DNA from: Squalus acanthias
Lineage: Eukaryota
Assembly (NCBI GenBank): GCA_030390025.1
Contig: CM059438.1
Coordinates: 73,284,001 to 73,348,000 of the forward strand
DNA length: 64,000 bases
Direction of reading: 5' to 3'
Shown here: positions 27,038 to 41,343 of the stretch, piece after piece
Layout: the number at the start of each line of letters is the position of its first letter
Position numbering within the stretch: position 1 is the first letter of the stretch
Notes under the pieces: model-generated
What the model was told of the DNA's origin: nothing
Databases searched by the model: none
What the model saw: the letters and a program-made list of their open reading frames with translations, nothing else
Position numbers and translations under genes: made by a program

Positions 27038-29556
27038 AAAAAGATGAGACAAAAAATACATTGGGAAAAGATCAACAGGCTCCATCATATTCACAGGCAG
27101 GTTGCATTTGTCTGCGCCTCCACCTCCACAGACTTGATCAGAGCAGTTGTTCGGGTGAAAACTGCTACCAAATCACAATCAATGCAACTAAACAACAATC
27201 CGTCTCAATGTTTCAACCTTCGGACTCCATCCTGCTTTCCATTTAAAGTACTACCGCAGCACTACAATACAGGACCTTCAATAAGGAAATAAATTGAGCA
27301 ATTGTCACTTCTGTAAAAGTCATTCCTGAAATCACAATCTTAAACAGATTAATGACAAATCAAATCAAAAATATAGTAGCAAGGCCTAGCGGGGTTAGGC
27401 GATATCACACAATCAGAGGGAAAAAAGGGAGTGCGTCCACTTATTTACACGATAACGACTTACCACATTTGAGACAGGGGACGGAAGAAAAGAAAGGAGC
27501 TGAATCAAGCTGCTTTATCATTAGACACACAGCAAAGGCAAAAATGGAAACACTCAATAACACTCACCAAAAGAAAGCGTTAAGTACAGAATTGTACTTT
27601 TTTGGGGGTCAAGATTAACATTTGAAAAGTCCCTGTTGGTGAAGAAGTCTGCAAAGCTCGATATTTGGATATTTTTAGTCCACATAAACAACTTAGGAGG
27701 TCCGTTAACATTCATTTTCTAAATTCTGCCATTTTACTGAGCAAAAAACTTGAATTGCTATGAGCAACAGGTCATTAAACTGATCTGGCACTTAATATCC
27801 GAAGACCCCGGTTTTCCCTTGTTTCCCAATTAAATTGGCGTTGGTAAATGTTTTTCCAGAAATACATTAACCATTTTTTAATAATCTGCAGTGATTGAAT
27901 AGAAATATAGGATACATAAGGCAGGATTGCACGCGTATTGCCCCCAATGCTGTTGCCAGTGTGCTTGTCAAAGTGGAGCAAATTTCTCGGCACCAGCAGA
28001 AGTGAAGCTAATGCTAACCAGCGTTCTGGAAAGAATAAGGGCCATTATTCCTCGGAACCATGAACTAGATAGACCAGATCAATGTTACATCATATTTTGC
28101 TAAATCTCTTCAGAAAGTAGTTAAAAAAGCACAGCAATTATCGTGTTGCATCATTTGCTAAAAGTGGCTTCTCTGCCCTGCAAATCTCCACTTCTTGCTT
28201 TCACTGCTGCGTTTAGCCTCTGATCAAAATAAACCAACTTAGGAACACAGAGTACTGGACCAATACTTGGTTGTTTGAGGAAAGAGCGGGGATGGGTTCT
28301 GGGATTGATTATATCAACTCACCTCCGTACAACTCAAATTAAAGCAACGAAAAGCTGAACAGAAAGAAAACACAACCAAAATGAAATGATTTTTCATTCA
28401 AATTAAAACAAGAGAACAAACAGAAAATATATTTCAATCCATGTAAATGAATCCTATATATGTGAAGCAATAATCGATACCTTTAGTTCCAACTGTATTG
28501 TAGGCACAATGGACTGAATAGCACTCTCTGTCAGTAACCAAGGCATTGCTTTTTAATGTTATTGCAAATTTAAAAAAAAAACATGGGATAAATAGAAAAA
28601 TCAGACATTAAGCGACGGAATACGATTTTTTCTTCGTTCCCCACCTTCAGCCCCCCACCACCCCTAGTTTCTCCTCTCCCGAAGGTAGTGACTTAGCTGA
28701 AGTGCAGACAAACATATGACTAGGCTGAGGAAAGACCATTTGGTCCGTCATATCTGCCCCATCCAGACACGGTGTAACCACGCACACCATCAGCCCGCCT
28801 TCCTCCGAGTCGGACCATCTCCTGGGAGGGCGAAAACAAAACCTGAGGCCAATTTAGGAAAAGCTCTGAAATGTCCTCTCTGACCCCTTAAGGCAATCCA
28901 ACAAGTCCCAGGAGACAGCAGCTACTCATGAATCGCTCTCGTCAATCCACCCCATAATCTACCCGCTAGGACTTGAGATGTCCTTCTTGTTCAGGAACTC
29001 CCTTTGAATCATTTTGGAAGACGACAGGGAGCGATACTCACCCCAATATGGTTCCACAGTCACCAACAGCCTTCTGGTTGCTCTCCCAAGTGAACAATCT
29101 TCAGGCATGAGCAGGGAGAGTAACAGTAAGGAGGCTAATGAACCATGGGAAGACAACACTTTTCAGCATGATCTTGCCTTCACCAAATGTACACTCTTCC
29201 AGCAGGGGTTATCAAATAGCGATAAGGTGGCTGTCTATATTTTCTCTTTTTAGCCCAGGGACGCTGATACCTATTTTAGTGCCCCCACTGTAACGTGCTG
29301 AGACCAGTCCTGTGGACGTTACAGATAACTCACTGGCATTATATGTTAGATGCAGATTCCATGGCCCAACAGTCTTGGATGTCAATGACAAAATTAAAAT
29401 ATCTGAACTTAAATAATGACAAATAAAAGAGCATTCATAAAACAAAATAGACTGAAATACCAACAGCTTTGATGTCATGCAAAGAGCATGTGAAGTGCAA
29501 TGATATACAGAAATAAATTTGCACGCACAATGCTGCTGCATGATCTCTGAACTTAC

Positions 29557-29663
29557 GCTGCTATGGACAGAGTAGTTGCAGATAGTGGGCTGACATCTGC
29601 CACCTCCATTGCCTTTTGGATGGTATTTTTTTGGATGTTAGCTTCTTCCATCTCTTCTTCGTC
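29557..29663 (-). CDS. CACNA1B: CACNA1B exon 18: DEEEMEEANIQKNTIQKAMEVADVSPLSATTLSIAA
   Basis: cttcag| acceptor, |gtaagt donor, 107 nt; ORF 29553..29744. Confidence 0.95.
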
Positions 29664-29877
29664 CTGAAGAGGGAAATGGTAGAATGTGGTTCTGAGATAC
29701 ATATTGCTCCACTCAATGCCTGCACATTTTATTTCGACTGACATTATAATGTTGCTGAAATCCTTTCAAGAATGAAAATGTGCCAAGCTTTCAAAACATA
29801 AACACTGAAATGTTTCTTTTCCCCTTAACATGTCTAAGGCTAAAAGTTATTACATTAGAAAAATTTACTAAGCCAAC

Positions 29878-30220
29878 TATGAGAGGTTTCGATAGAGTAG
29901 ATGGGGAGAAATCGTTTCCTCTAGCAGGTGGGTCAGTCACCAGAGGACACAGATTTAAGATAGTAGGCAAAAGAACCAGAGGGGAGATGAGGAGACTTTT
30001 TTTTTACGCAACTAATTGCTATGATCTGGAATGCGCTGCCTGAAAATGTGGTGGAGGCAGATTCAATGGAAGCTTTCAAATGGGAATTGGATATAAACTT
30101 AAAAAGGAAAAAGTTGCAGGGCTATGGGGAAAGAGCAGTGCAGTGCGACTAATTGGATAGCTCTTTCAAAGAGCGGCACAGACACGATGGGCCTCCCTTC
30201 TGTGCTGTATGATTCTATGA
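29878..30220 (+). mobile_element. CR1-clade LINE 3' end (different subfamily)
   Basis: MRGFDRVDGEKSFPLAGGSVTRGHRFKI; gattctatga tail. Confidence 0.8.
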
Positions 30221-31790
30221 AAATAAAATAGTGCTGTCTCCAGGGTGCCAACACCTCATGCCATGTATGGGAATGTACCCTGTTCCCCCACTGGCTCCAG
30301 TAAAAGGGCCAAGGGTTCTTGCACTCTACGTTGCCAATGGCTTGCCCAGAGGAAGGAGAGTCATCACCAGAAGCACTCCCCATTTACTAGCTATGGGCAG
30401 TATGGACAAGGGACTTCCCAGGTCATTTGGAATATTCAAGCTTGTTACTTTTTTTCAACCAAAATGCTATAGTGGCTTCCAAGTAACAGCTCCTATAATG
30501 TAACCAATATAAGCAAGGTACGATATAGATATAGAGCTAACTGTTAGATTGGACCTGTGAATGTGAATACAAATATTTATGGAATATATAATACAAGTAG
30601 CCTAAACAATGTTAAACCTCCCCAAAATTTCCATTAAACACAGGTTTCCCTGAACATCACTGTTATTAATGGCTAGTAACCAACGGGATTAAGCTCTTCT
30701 TTACCATAATGCTCGAAGGAACCTGGCTGGGCCAGCCTACCGTGCAATTCATTACCTAATCACTGTAATCTACCACCTGGCAACAGTGGCTCTTTCAGTA
30801 CTGATTTTCTTAGGAAATGATGATTGTTTTGGAAAGGGGTTTGTTTCACTGTTACTACATTTCATACAAAAAAGAGGCTGATACACTGCAGGCAACCTTC
30901 CTAATATTTATGGGGAGGCACTCAAAGTTGGTAGAAGAACCTAGTTTTTGGATCAAATTCATTGAAACGGCACACAATCACCTCAGAAATGCTACATTGC
31001 TGGAAACTCTTCTTGTTGACGCAAGTTTTGACATTTCTGTACTTTCCCTGAACTCTAATTCATTTGAATTAACTTTAGAAATGTTTATTGCTATTGGTTT
31101 CTAATTGCACAATTCTGTTTTTGTTAAAAATATTCTCCCCTTCCCATTTCCTGAACTTTAAATTTTCCTTTCTTTCCCTCTCTTTGGCTCTCCCCAGATG
31201 AAGAAGGACAGGCGACTTACTGCAATTTTTGAGCAAATAGCACAGATGCGTGTTGTAAGCGAGGAATATTTTTGAACAGGCAGGGAACAGCGTGCTTGAT
31301 ATATGAACAATATGATCTTCTCAGCTCAGGGCAGGTGGCCCATTTAAGCCTGCTGCTAGATTGTGTGCAGGAGCGATTCTTGCTCTTCAATTTCTCCCTC
31401 TGTCTCCCTGGCATTTGTCTGCTGACAAGTTACCCTCTGACAACGGTTGTGCAAAGTAATTATTGTGGAGGTGAAAAGTTTCATTGCCATTGCATCCATC
31501 TTTTTATCTCTACAGTGCATACATTAGTTTGATGCACTTTAGTTGGAAATGGAAACAACTCACATTTAATGACTATAATTGTACTATTCAATTGTGTCAG
31601 ACAAGCTTCTGAACTGAATATAATCGGAATAAACTCATTATGTGTGATGTGCAATTAATTATGTTGTTTCTGTAATGTTTGGTTTGTCAACTTTGTGTCT
31701 TTGAGGACAACAAGCATTTTTTTACATTTAAAATGTTCTGTTCCTTAATAAAAGGGAAAGTGTTCTTTAATAGAACAAGATGCTGTTTTG

Positions 31791-32242
31791 TTTGGCTCCC
31801 AGTTAAGCAGCGCCTCGATTTCAAAATTCTCATCCTTGTTTTCAAATCCCTCCATGGCCTCGTCCCTTCATATCTCTGTAATCTCCTCCAGCCCCACAAC
31901 ACCCCGCGCCCCCCACCCCGCCCCCGATATCTCTGCGCTCCTCTAATTCTGCCCTCGAGCATCCCTGATTATAATCGTTCAACCATTGGTGGCCGTGCCG
32001 TCTATTGCCTCGGCCCTAAGCTCTGGAATTCCCTGCCTAAACCACTCCGCCTCGCTACCTCTCTTTCCTCCTTTAAGACGCTCCTTAAAACCTACCTCTT
32101 TGACCAAGCTTTTGGTCACCTGCCCTAATTTCTCCTTATGTGGCTCGGTGTCAATTTTTTTGTCTTACAACACTCTTGTGCAGCGCCTCGAGACGTTTTA
32201 CTACGTTAAAGGTGCTATATAAATACAATGTTGTTGTTGTTG
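31791..32242 (+). mobile_element. L2-clade LINE 3' end
   Basis: WLPVKQRLDFKILILVFKSLHGLVPSYL...LWNSLPKPLR...FKTLLKTYLF; (TTG)n tail. Confidence 0.88.
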
Positions 32243-32312
32243 TGTTCCAGTATAAGCAAAACACATGATAAGGGCCAAGAGGAATCATTTGTGTTTCACC
32301 TCAAAACATTTA

Positions 32313-32810
<498 letters not shown>

Positions 32811-32928
32811 AATTACCAAACAGTGTCAAGATAATAAAATAAACAGATGAAAACATTCCTTTTTTTACTCCTCCTTGTGATTCGATTCCAAAATACATAA
32901 CTGCATTCCAGTCTTCTCCTGTCAAGAT
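32811..32928 (-). CDS. CACNA1B: CACNA1B exon 16 (domain II selectivity filter TGEDW, IIS6): [39 protein letters not shown]
   Basis: gcacag| acceptor, U12-type donor |GTATCCTTT, 118 nt; ORF 32800..32982. Confidence 0.96.
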
Positions 32929-34012
32929 CTGTGCAATTAATAATGGAAGAATAGATTCAATTGCTTCATTAGCACTTATCATCTACATTACTGATGGAAA
33001 GCTTCAATGATTGTGAAAATTTTCAATTATCTACCAACTTAAAATGTTTAAATCAAGATTAAGTGTGGAAAAGTAACCTACATCAATTATCCATCCAAGT
33101 CTCCATGACAAAAATGTGCTTTTCATATGTTGAACTTTTAACTTGTATTTCGTATTGCTAAAAACAGCATGTAAGGATTCAAACCCAAGGTCACACAATG
33201 TATCCCTCAGCCATCAACTGAGGGACCAGACAGGTGGCTGCAAGGGGATAAGCTGGGTACGAACTGTCTGAATGGCCAGAACTTTTATATTCAATCACAG
33301 ACATCACAGCCATCGTCAAGGACTGGCTATCCATTCAGTATTGATGTATCGCTGTTGATCTAATTTAATTAGAAGACATGCAGACATCTACCGCCTTTTC
33401 TTTCATTATAACTTCAAAGGTGCTCCCCTCTCAGCTTGATACAGAGCAAAGAATTAGGACCCAACCTGGGAGAGCGGATTTCATTCACAGTTGTGTCTAA
33501 GACCTTTAAGAAGGGAACGGGGCTAATTTTAATGGCGCAACACGGGCGGTCAAGCGAGTGTGCCCGTCCCCCACCCATTGCTGTTGCCGTGAGGCCAAAG
33601 CCATTTTGAAACCCGGGCCTCATTTACATGGATCCAGTGAGCTTTGTGTCAAGCCAATACTCCCATGTAACTTGCCGGTTCGGAGAGCAGGAAATCGGTT
33701 GGCTCCTACCAGCTGACTGTCCAGCCCTGCAGGGGGTAGGGAGGTGATCCGGGGGTGGAGGGGGGAGGCTGCGTAGAGGAATGCTCCTCATGGGCCAACT
33801 AAAATAAAAGATGAAAATGGTTTTGGGCTGTTTCCATTGACTTCAATGGAAAAGAAAATGCGGCGGGGTGTAAAACAGGGTGCCGATTCGCTGTTCTGCG
33901 CTACCCCACATGACCAATTTCACCTCCTACGTGTCGACTGAAAGCGAGCGGTGCCATTATTAGTTTATGTTTCGAGCAGAGTAGAGAAATGTATATTTCA
34001 CTCCGTTGTAAT

Positions 34013-34787
34013 GGCCCAGATATTCCGATCGCAGGCCTCCCGCGGGCGGAGGCCTGCGATCTGGAAAAATCTGCGCCCTTACCCGAGGGCTCCCGGGACG
34101 CGCACAGTTCCACTCCTGGGCCTCTCCAAACTCCAAGTGTGCAGGGCCCACGTATCCCAGAGGCGCAGGTAGTTCGCAGCGTCCCTGGGATCACGTGAGC
34201 CATGGGGAGCCAATCAAAGAAGGGAATCTCCCTTCATACACTTGACAGGAAGACCTGTCAAATATATGAATGGAGATCACCCCAAAAACACTGTAAAACA
34301 TTAAATAAATGTTTTTTTAAAAAATCACATTTTTAAAATGACTTGAAATTACAATAAATTAACTATTTTAAACAAAAATTTAAATTTTGAAAAAATAATT
34401 CAAGTTTTTTATGGGGCTAAAAATAAACTTAACTTTTTAAAAAAAAAAAGTATTTTTAAATGATAAATCAGTGAAAAAACATTTTTAAAAACTTTTTTTT
34501 ACTTTTTTTCAACTCTTATCCTGGTAGAAGCAGGCCTTACGCCTGCTTTTACCAGGCGTAGGAATTGTAAGGGTTTTCTGCGGGCGGAGGGTCTCCAAAA
34601 AGCGGAACTATCCGCCCGCAGAGGCCCTTCTCCAGGGCAGCTGGAGGATCTGTCAAGAGTTTTCTTGACAGATCGGAAATGCCGGTTTCCAGCGCATGCA
34701 CTGTGCATGCCTGAAACCGGCATTTCCGATGTCCCTACGGGTGAGTACACAGCGTGTACCCACCCGTAGGGATCGAATATCCGGCCC
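34013..34787. mobile_element. PIF/Harbinger-like MITE, 3-bp TSD AAT
   Basis: TIRs GGCCCAGATATTCCGATC / GATCGAATATCCGGCCC; internal hairpins. Confidence 0.82.
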
Positions 34788-35136
34788 AATGTTTACTGTT
34801 TACGAATCCGTTCAATGTAAATGCAGCACTTGTTGGTTCAGAGCCTGAATCTCAGTCTGCTTTTCGAAGGGAAGAGAATGATGTAGCACATTCCAGTTGC
34901 TGGTGCACAGAGTAAAGTTTCGCTGTTGTGGTCCTTGGGTCTTGTGATTGTTTGCCTAGATATTGGGCAGAAAAAAAGATGTACTTGGATTGTTGGGGAT
35001 CCCAGATCCATTTACAGGAGTGGCCGGTGACACTGAACCCGAGAAAATATCTCATGTAAAAGCCCAAAAATATGACGATCTCACTGAAAGATACAGATCT
35101 GAGATCATTGTTAAAATCGTCAATAATAATTATAAT

Positions 35137-35776
35137 TCGTAGCGAGAGGGTTTGAGTACAGGAACAAGGATGTCTTGCTGCAGTTGTACAGGGCCTTGGT
35201 GAGACCACATCTTGAGTATTGTGTGCAGTTTTGGTCGCCTTATCTGAGGAAGGAGGTTCTTGCCATGGAAGGAGTTCAGCGAAGATTCACCAGGCTGATA
35301 CCTGGGATGGCAGGAATGACGTATGAGGAGAGATTGGGTCGATTGGGCTTATACTCGCTGGAGTTTAGAAGAATGAGAGGGGATCTCATTGAAACTTATA
35401 AAATTCTGACAGGACTGGACAGACTAGATGCAGGAAGGATGTTCCCGATGGTCGGGGAGTCCAGAACCAGTGGTCACAGTCTAAGGATAAGGGGTAAGCC
35501 ATTTAGGACAGAAATGAGGAGGAATTTCTTCACCCAGAGGGTGGTGAACCTGTGGAATTCTCTACCACAGAAGGCAGTAGAGGCCAATTCATTAAATATA
35601 TTCAAGAAGGAGTTGGATATATTTCTTAAGGCTAAAGGGATCAAGGGATATGGGGAGAAAGCAGGGACAGGGTTCTGAATTTGGATGATCAGCCATGATC
35701 GCATTGAATGGCGGAGCAGGCTCGAGGGGCCGAATGGCCTACTCCTGCTCCTATCTTCTATGTTTCTATGTTTCTA
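35137..35776 (+). mobile_element. CR1 LINE 3' end, young (open frame retained)
   Basis: ORF 35175..35678 LYRALVRPHLEYCVQFWSPY...; (tctatgtt)n tail. Confidence 0.94.
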
Positions 35777-36555
35777 TAAGATTGCATTGCCTCACTAATG
35801 CACTGTACATGATATAAGAGCTGACCATGACTTGGCAATTTGTATTAAACCATTGCATACAGGTGTTTAAATACCACAAAAAATTATCTTAACTCTCTCG
35901 TAACGTATGTTTGTCTATGTACAGGATTTTGTTTTTGCATGAGAGAAGCACGTGTGTGGTTTTATCAGACCCTGGCTGCAACCCTCTTCCTCTCGCAATG
36001 TACTTTTTCGATTATTTTCTTCTCGCCCCTCCTTCACGAAGTGACTTATGGTAGGGTATAGTTCAGCAAGCTCTGCGGTTTCCCACGCAAGTAGACGTTC
36101 TTTGCATGTGAGCATCGGCAGGCTTTTCAACGTCAAAATTGGCCCTGATCCTTTCTTCATTTCACAGCGTCGCTTTCTGGCAGAAATCCCTGGATAGCGA
36201 TCAGGAGCAGGAACCGCGGCTGATGTTTTCCGTTCCTAACCCGGGAGCGCTGTGGCCATTCGTAGTGTCCCTCCCCTCTCCCTCAGCACCAAGCCATCAG
36301 GGAGCTCCATGATCGAGTCTAATTAGTAGCTCGACGCTTGATGTTATGAATGCTGTATATCTAGGCTATTGCACATGTTTACTTTCATTATCCGAGTGCA
36401 CTGGTGAGCGTGCAAGACCCAGAAAATTAGTCAAGTCACAAGTGCTCTGGTGGTCATTGCAAGCAGTGGTGTCTACTGTTAATGTTCACTGCAATCTTAT
36501 TGTATGCAACAGCCAATGCACGACTTAAAAGCAGAATAACCTAAAAATAACTTAA

Positions 36556-37113
36556 ACAGAAAATGCTGGAAACACTCAGCAGGTCAGGCAGCATCCGTGG
36601 AGAGAGAAAGAGAGTTAACGTTTCAGGTCTGTGACCAATGTCAGAACTGGAAAAAGTTAGAGATTTAACAGATTTGAAAACCAGGTGCAGGGGCAGGGAA
36701 AGGGGGGGGGAGGGGAGGAAAGAACAAAAGGGACGGTCTGTGATAGGGTGGAAGGCAGGAGTGGTTAAATGTTGCAATTGGGACTGGCAGAATCATCAAC
36801 AGCTGTCGCCTGAAAAAAATAGGGGCAGAGGTTATGGTCTGAAATTGTTGAACTTGATGTTGAGTCCAAAGGGCTGTAAAGCGAGTAATCGAAAGATGTG
36901 CTGTTCCTCGAGCTTACGTTAAGCTTTGTTGGAACAGTGTAAGAGGCCGAGAACACTGTTCCAATGAAGCTCAACATCGAGTTCTGACGAAGGGTCACAG
37001 ACCTGAAACGTTAACTCTGTTTCTCTCTCCACGGATGCTGTCTGGCCTAGCTGAGTGTTTCCAGCATTTTCTGTTTTTGTTTCGGATTCCAGCGTCCGCA
37101 GTATTTTGCTATT
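36556..37113. mobile_element. Penelope-like inverted-repeat insertion with hammerhead motif
   Basis: Inverted arms; 15-bp TSD ctaaaaataacttaa / ctaaaaagaacttaa. Confidence 0.8.
36979..37017 (+). ncRNA. Minimal type I hammerhead ribozyme motif
   Basis: GAGUU-CUGACGA-A-GGGUC-ACA-GACCU-GAAAC-GUU-AACUC: intact core, stems I and II pair. Confidence 0.65.
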
Positions 37114-37161
37114 CTAAAAAGAACTTAATTCACTCAATAAAACGCATGTTTTTTTTTTTAC

Positions 37162-37234
37162 CTGGAACACAGTGAGAATTGCAGCAGGAAATGTATCAAA
37201 ATTTGTCGGAGGGGTTCCATCTTCAAAATTAAAT
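37162..37234 (-). CDS. CACNA1B: CACNA1B exon 15 (domain II P-loop): [24 protein letters not shown]
   Basis: ctctag| acceptor, |gtaaaa donor, 73 nt. Confidence 0.95.
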
Positions 37235-37896
37235 CTAGAGACAAACAAAACCACATGTAAGTTAGCTGCTGCGTCCACTGTTTAACACTGGTAGAGGTTT
37301 ACGTTATGACTGCAGACAGCAATACAAGTCCCAATAGCAGTATAGCAATACAAAATGTAATTGTGCTGAAAAACACTGATTAAAGCACGATTCTCAGACC
37401 AAACTTTTAAAAGGTGCATCTGAATGTTCTTGATGATGGAAGCGGCTGTGATGAGCAGACCATGCAGATAAACTGGGAGTGCTCCAATGGACTGAGATTC
37501 GCTCCGTGCTGTTCAACCATTTACTGTGGATTTTCAGAACATGCACACGAGCAACCGGAGCAGGATTTGAACTTGGGTGAAAGGAAGCTACCGTCTGAAG
37601 CCACTATTCCATTCAACCTTCTCAAAGTATTGTAACTGTTTTATAATTGTGTTAAAACTGCGATTATACGACATGTCCAAGATGTGGTTATGTGGCAGCA
37701 TTTTTAATCCTTTCAACTAAAGCGTATCTCTCGTCTTTCTCTACTTTGAGACTTCCATCATAGCTTCTCTACACTTTTCTTTCCGATTCCTCCTAAACTT
37801 GAAATATGCCAACTCACATAACTCGTCCTCCTCCTCCATATAAGGTCACTGCTTTGAAATTAAGACTTATTGCACTGTGTCCTATATTGTCGCATT

Positions 37897-38369
37897 GGAG
37901 GGAATTTTAAACCTCTCCCTCCTCATTGGAAACTGGGCGGGAGTAGTTAAAATGGAGGTGGGCCCAACTGCTATTTTAACCTGAGGTCTGAGCGGGGAGC
38001 AGTCGTGACAGCCCCAGCCAGACCAAACCTGCTGGCAACAGGAGCCAGGGTCAGAAGAGGCCCAATAAGATAAGTTTAAAAATAAATGTGTGTGGTTCTT
38101 TGTGGGCCAAGAGGAGCAGTACTGCTCCAATGGGCCCCACAAGGAATTCTTACGCCTCCTCTGACCCCTGCTTCCATGCCTCCGGAACGTGATCCCGCTC
38201 CACAAGTCCTCGCAGCCACTTACCTTGTGCCAGGAATTGTTCCCGTGGGTTCCTGGCGGTGGCCTCTAAACCGCACGATTTTAATGGCCAGGCTGCCGCT
38301 TTCGGCCAACCTCACGGCCCTTTTGGCTGCTCGCTAGACCGCGTTCCCACCGGGAAATAAAATCGACCC
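37897..38369. mobile_element. Degenerate MITE-like element
   Basis: GGAGGGAATTTT start and AAAATCGACCC end resemble the TIR class. Confidence 0.45.
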
Positions 38370-38625
38370 TATCCTTTTTCAGGACCTCAAAATTATGCAA
38401 TACTTTTAGCCTCTGTCAGTCTCCCCAAACTCCGACAATGTACAGGTTTTGAAATCCCAAGCGTGATATCCTCTCCCCACTATTTCTTGATCAATTTCAT
38501 TTTCTCTCCTTTCCTTTCCAATCTTGCTGGCATCTTGCACTACAGGCCTTTGCCTTTCATTTCGGTTTCTCAATAATAATAAAAAATTATAGTTTAAAAT
38601 TCGTCTTGTACTGGAGTGCGACTTA

Positions 38626-38760
<135 letters not shown>

Positions 38761-39650
38761 TTAAAAACACAGATCAATCATTTTACCAAAACAGCCACAA
38801 CAGCACCTTATCTGATAATGAGCAATTCTTAAATAAAGCTAGTCCATCCTTTTCTGTGACTTCAATCTTAAAATCACATTCTTTGTAAGACTTTACACTT
38901 TGAAGAAAATTAAAATCATTTTAATAAGATTTGAATGAGTTACTGGATGAATATTGATCAAATTAGTATGTTGAGCATTTATTGACACGTGTGACATACT
39001 TCGAACTGGTTGAAATAATGCATATTGATGTGTAAGTATTTAGTGAAATAGGATGATTGTAGTTAATAAGTGTGCGAAAATTGTATATTGAGGAACTTCT
39101 ATTAATGGAGGTTTCACACTAGCAAGGTGGACTTTTCTTCACATAAAAGTTCAATGAACTTAAAGACAGTCAAAGCATAAAATGGATAAAATGGCTTCAC
39201 AATTGGGAAGAGTTGGAAACTCAAATGAATGCTGCAAGACAATGAAGCACTTGAGGCTTAAGTTCTAATTGTAAATAAGTAAGCAGAAAAGCTCATATCT
39301 CGCATAGTCATAGAGGTACTTGAATAATAGAACAAACCAGTGATTACCAAAAACTGATGAGTTTCAATGTGTTGTAAGGTTGAATGGACAGGAATTACAA
39401 AAGGAAAAGTTTGCAGGGCTGTGGGACTAATTAGGTAGCGCATTCAAAGAGCTGACACAGGCACAATGGGCCGAATGGCTTCCATCAATGCTGTAAGATT
39501 CTATGATTCAAAGTGCTGCAAGACACTGCAGTTGTTTTAGGAGCTTAGTGAGAGGGTGTCCTGTTACCTGGTTTGAAAAATGGCCGACTACAAACATCAC
39601 ATTATAGTAAAAGACATTTTACGTAGTAGCAGCAGTTAAAATGTGGGTTA

Positions 39651-40101
39651 AGAACATAAGAAATAAGAGCAGGAGTAGGCCATACAGCCCCTCGAGCCTG
39701 CTCCGCCTTTCAATAAGATCATGGCTGATCATCGACCTCAACTCTACTGTCCCGCCCGATCTCCATATCCCTTGATTCCACTAGAGTCCAAAAATCTATC
39801 TATCTCAGCCTTGAATATGCTCAAAGACTCAGCATTCACAGCCCTCTGGGGCAGAGAATTCCAAAGATTCACAACCCTCTGAGTGAAGAAATTCCTCCTC
39901 ATCTCAGTCTTAAATGGCCTTCCCCTTATCCTAGTTCTAGACACTCCAGCCAGGGGAAACAGCCTCTCAGCATCGACCCTGTCAATCCCCTTCAAGAATC
40001 TTGTATGTTTCAATGAGATCACCTCTCATTCTTCTAAACTCCAGAGAGTATAGGCCCATTCTACACAATCTCTCATCATAGGACAGCCCTCTCATCCCAG
40101 G
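39651..40101 (-). mobile_element. CR1 LINE 3' end
   Basis: ORF 39744..40022; aagaacataagaaa tail. Confidence 0.92.
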
Positions 40102-41023
40102 GTTACTTGTGTGATTTCCATAAGCAGCAATTCATTATCAGTACCAACATAATACTTAGCAGAATACTTCTGAATCCCACAGGACAGTGGACATGTGGAA
40201 CTGAGTCCCAGAGATGATAGCCGGTTCAAGGTCAATTAATACCTTTAAAAGGGAACTGGACCAATACTTGTTGAGAAGCTCAGCTGACGGTTAGCGAGAT
40301 ATTAAAACGACTGTTGAATTTTTGTTCTCCATAGGAAATTGGGAATAGAAGTGTTTCTTAAAATAAGTGATGTTGTTGGCAATGGTGCTAGGGGAAATGT
40401 ATGATAGAATAATCACACTTTGACTGTGGATCTCGCAAACTTGATGGGCCTAATGGCCTTTTCTCATTCTGGACTTCAGGTTTTTATTCCAGCTTCACAG
40501 AGTCAGGGCAATTCTTATGGTACTTCCCTGTTCATAGTCCATCATGTGTATTTCATGCTTATACATAAGTATCTTTATATAACTGGCTATTTCTAGTAAT
40601 GTGACAATGAGGCCATCGTCCTATTTCAACAAAATGGGAAGCACCAAAATGGTAAGCACACAAACATCAGGACTGTCCAGTAACAACAATGAGATATCTT
40701 GTCACCTTCTCACTCACAGTTGTCCGTTGGAACAAAATGCCAACTGATTCAATGAATGAAAAACCAATGAAATTTTTCAAGGGGGAAAAAACTGAACAGT
40801 CCTAAATTCATACGGTAAAATGGCAGGATAAAGAACTGGAACTGGGGCAGGATGGAACTACAGGTAATTTGAATTGGATTGTGCCTTTTCGGCAGTTCGG
40901 GTTTAAAGAGCTGCAGGTTTAACCATAAAACCTGTCACAGTGCAAATAATGTTTTCTTTTATTTCAATATAATTTTTTTTTAAAGAAACTGAAAAAAGTT
41001 CACAACAATTAATATTCTCCTTA

Positions 41024-41167
<144 letters not shown>

Positions 41168-41230
41168 TTACTGAGCTCTGGACATTAATATTTCCATTGT
41201 CTGCATGCAATCACGCAACCTCAATCTTAC

Positions 41231-41343
41231 CCCAAAATCAAAACAGTTGAATGAGGAATGGAAGTAATTTCTTGGCCCCAAACCAAACATCTTCAAGGTC
41301 ATCTCAGTCAGAAAAAGTCCAAGGAAAACAAACTCAGCAAAAT
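41231..41343 (-). CDS. CACNA1B: CACNA1B exon 12 (IIS2): [38 protein letters not shown]
   Basis: tttcag| acceptor, |gtaag donor, 113 nt. Confidence 0.95.

Noticed and set aside
35175-35678. 167-aa ORF (and similar ORFs at 2122, 22854, 60650) as host genes
   Set aside because: These are C-terminal fragments of CR1 ORF2 from 5'-truncated insertions.
36556-37113. Palindromic elements as DNA-transposon MITEs or CRISPR-like repeats
   Set aside because: Variable 13-15-bp TSDs, unequal arms, a single-arm copy and the hammerhead core fit Penelope-like retrotransposition; there is no repeat-spacer array.
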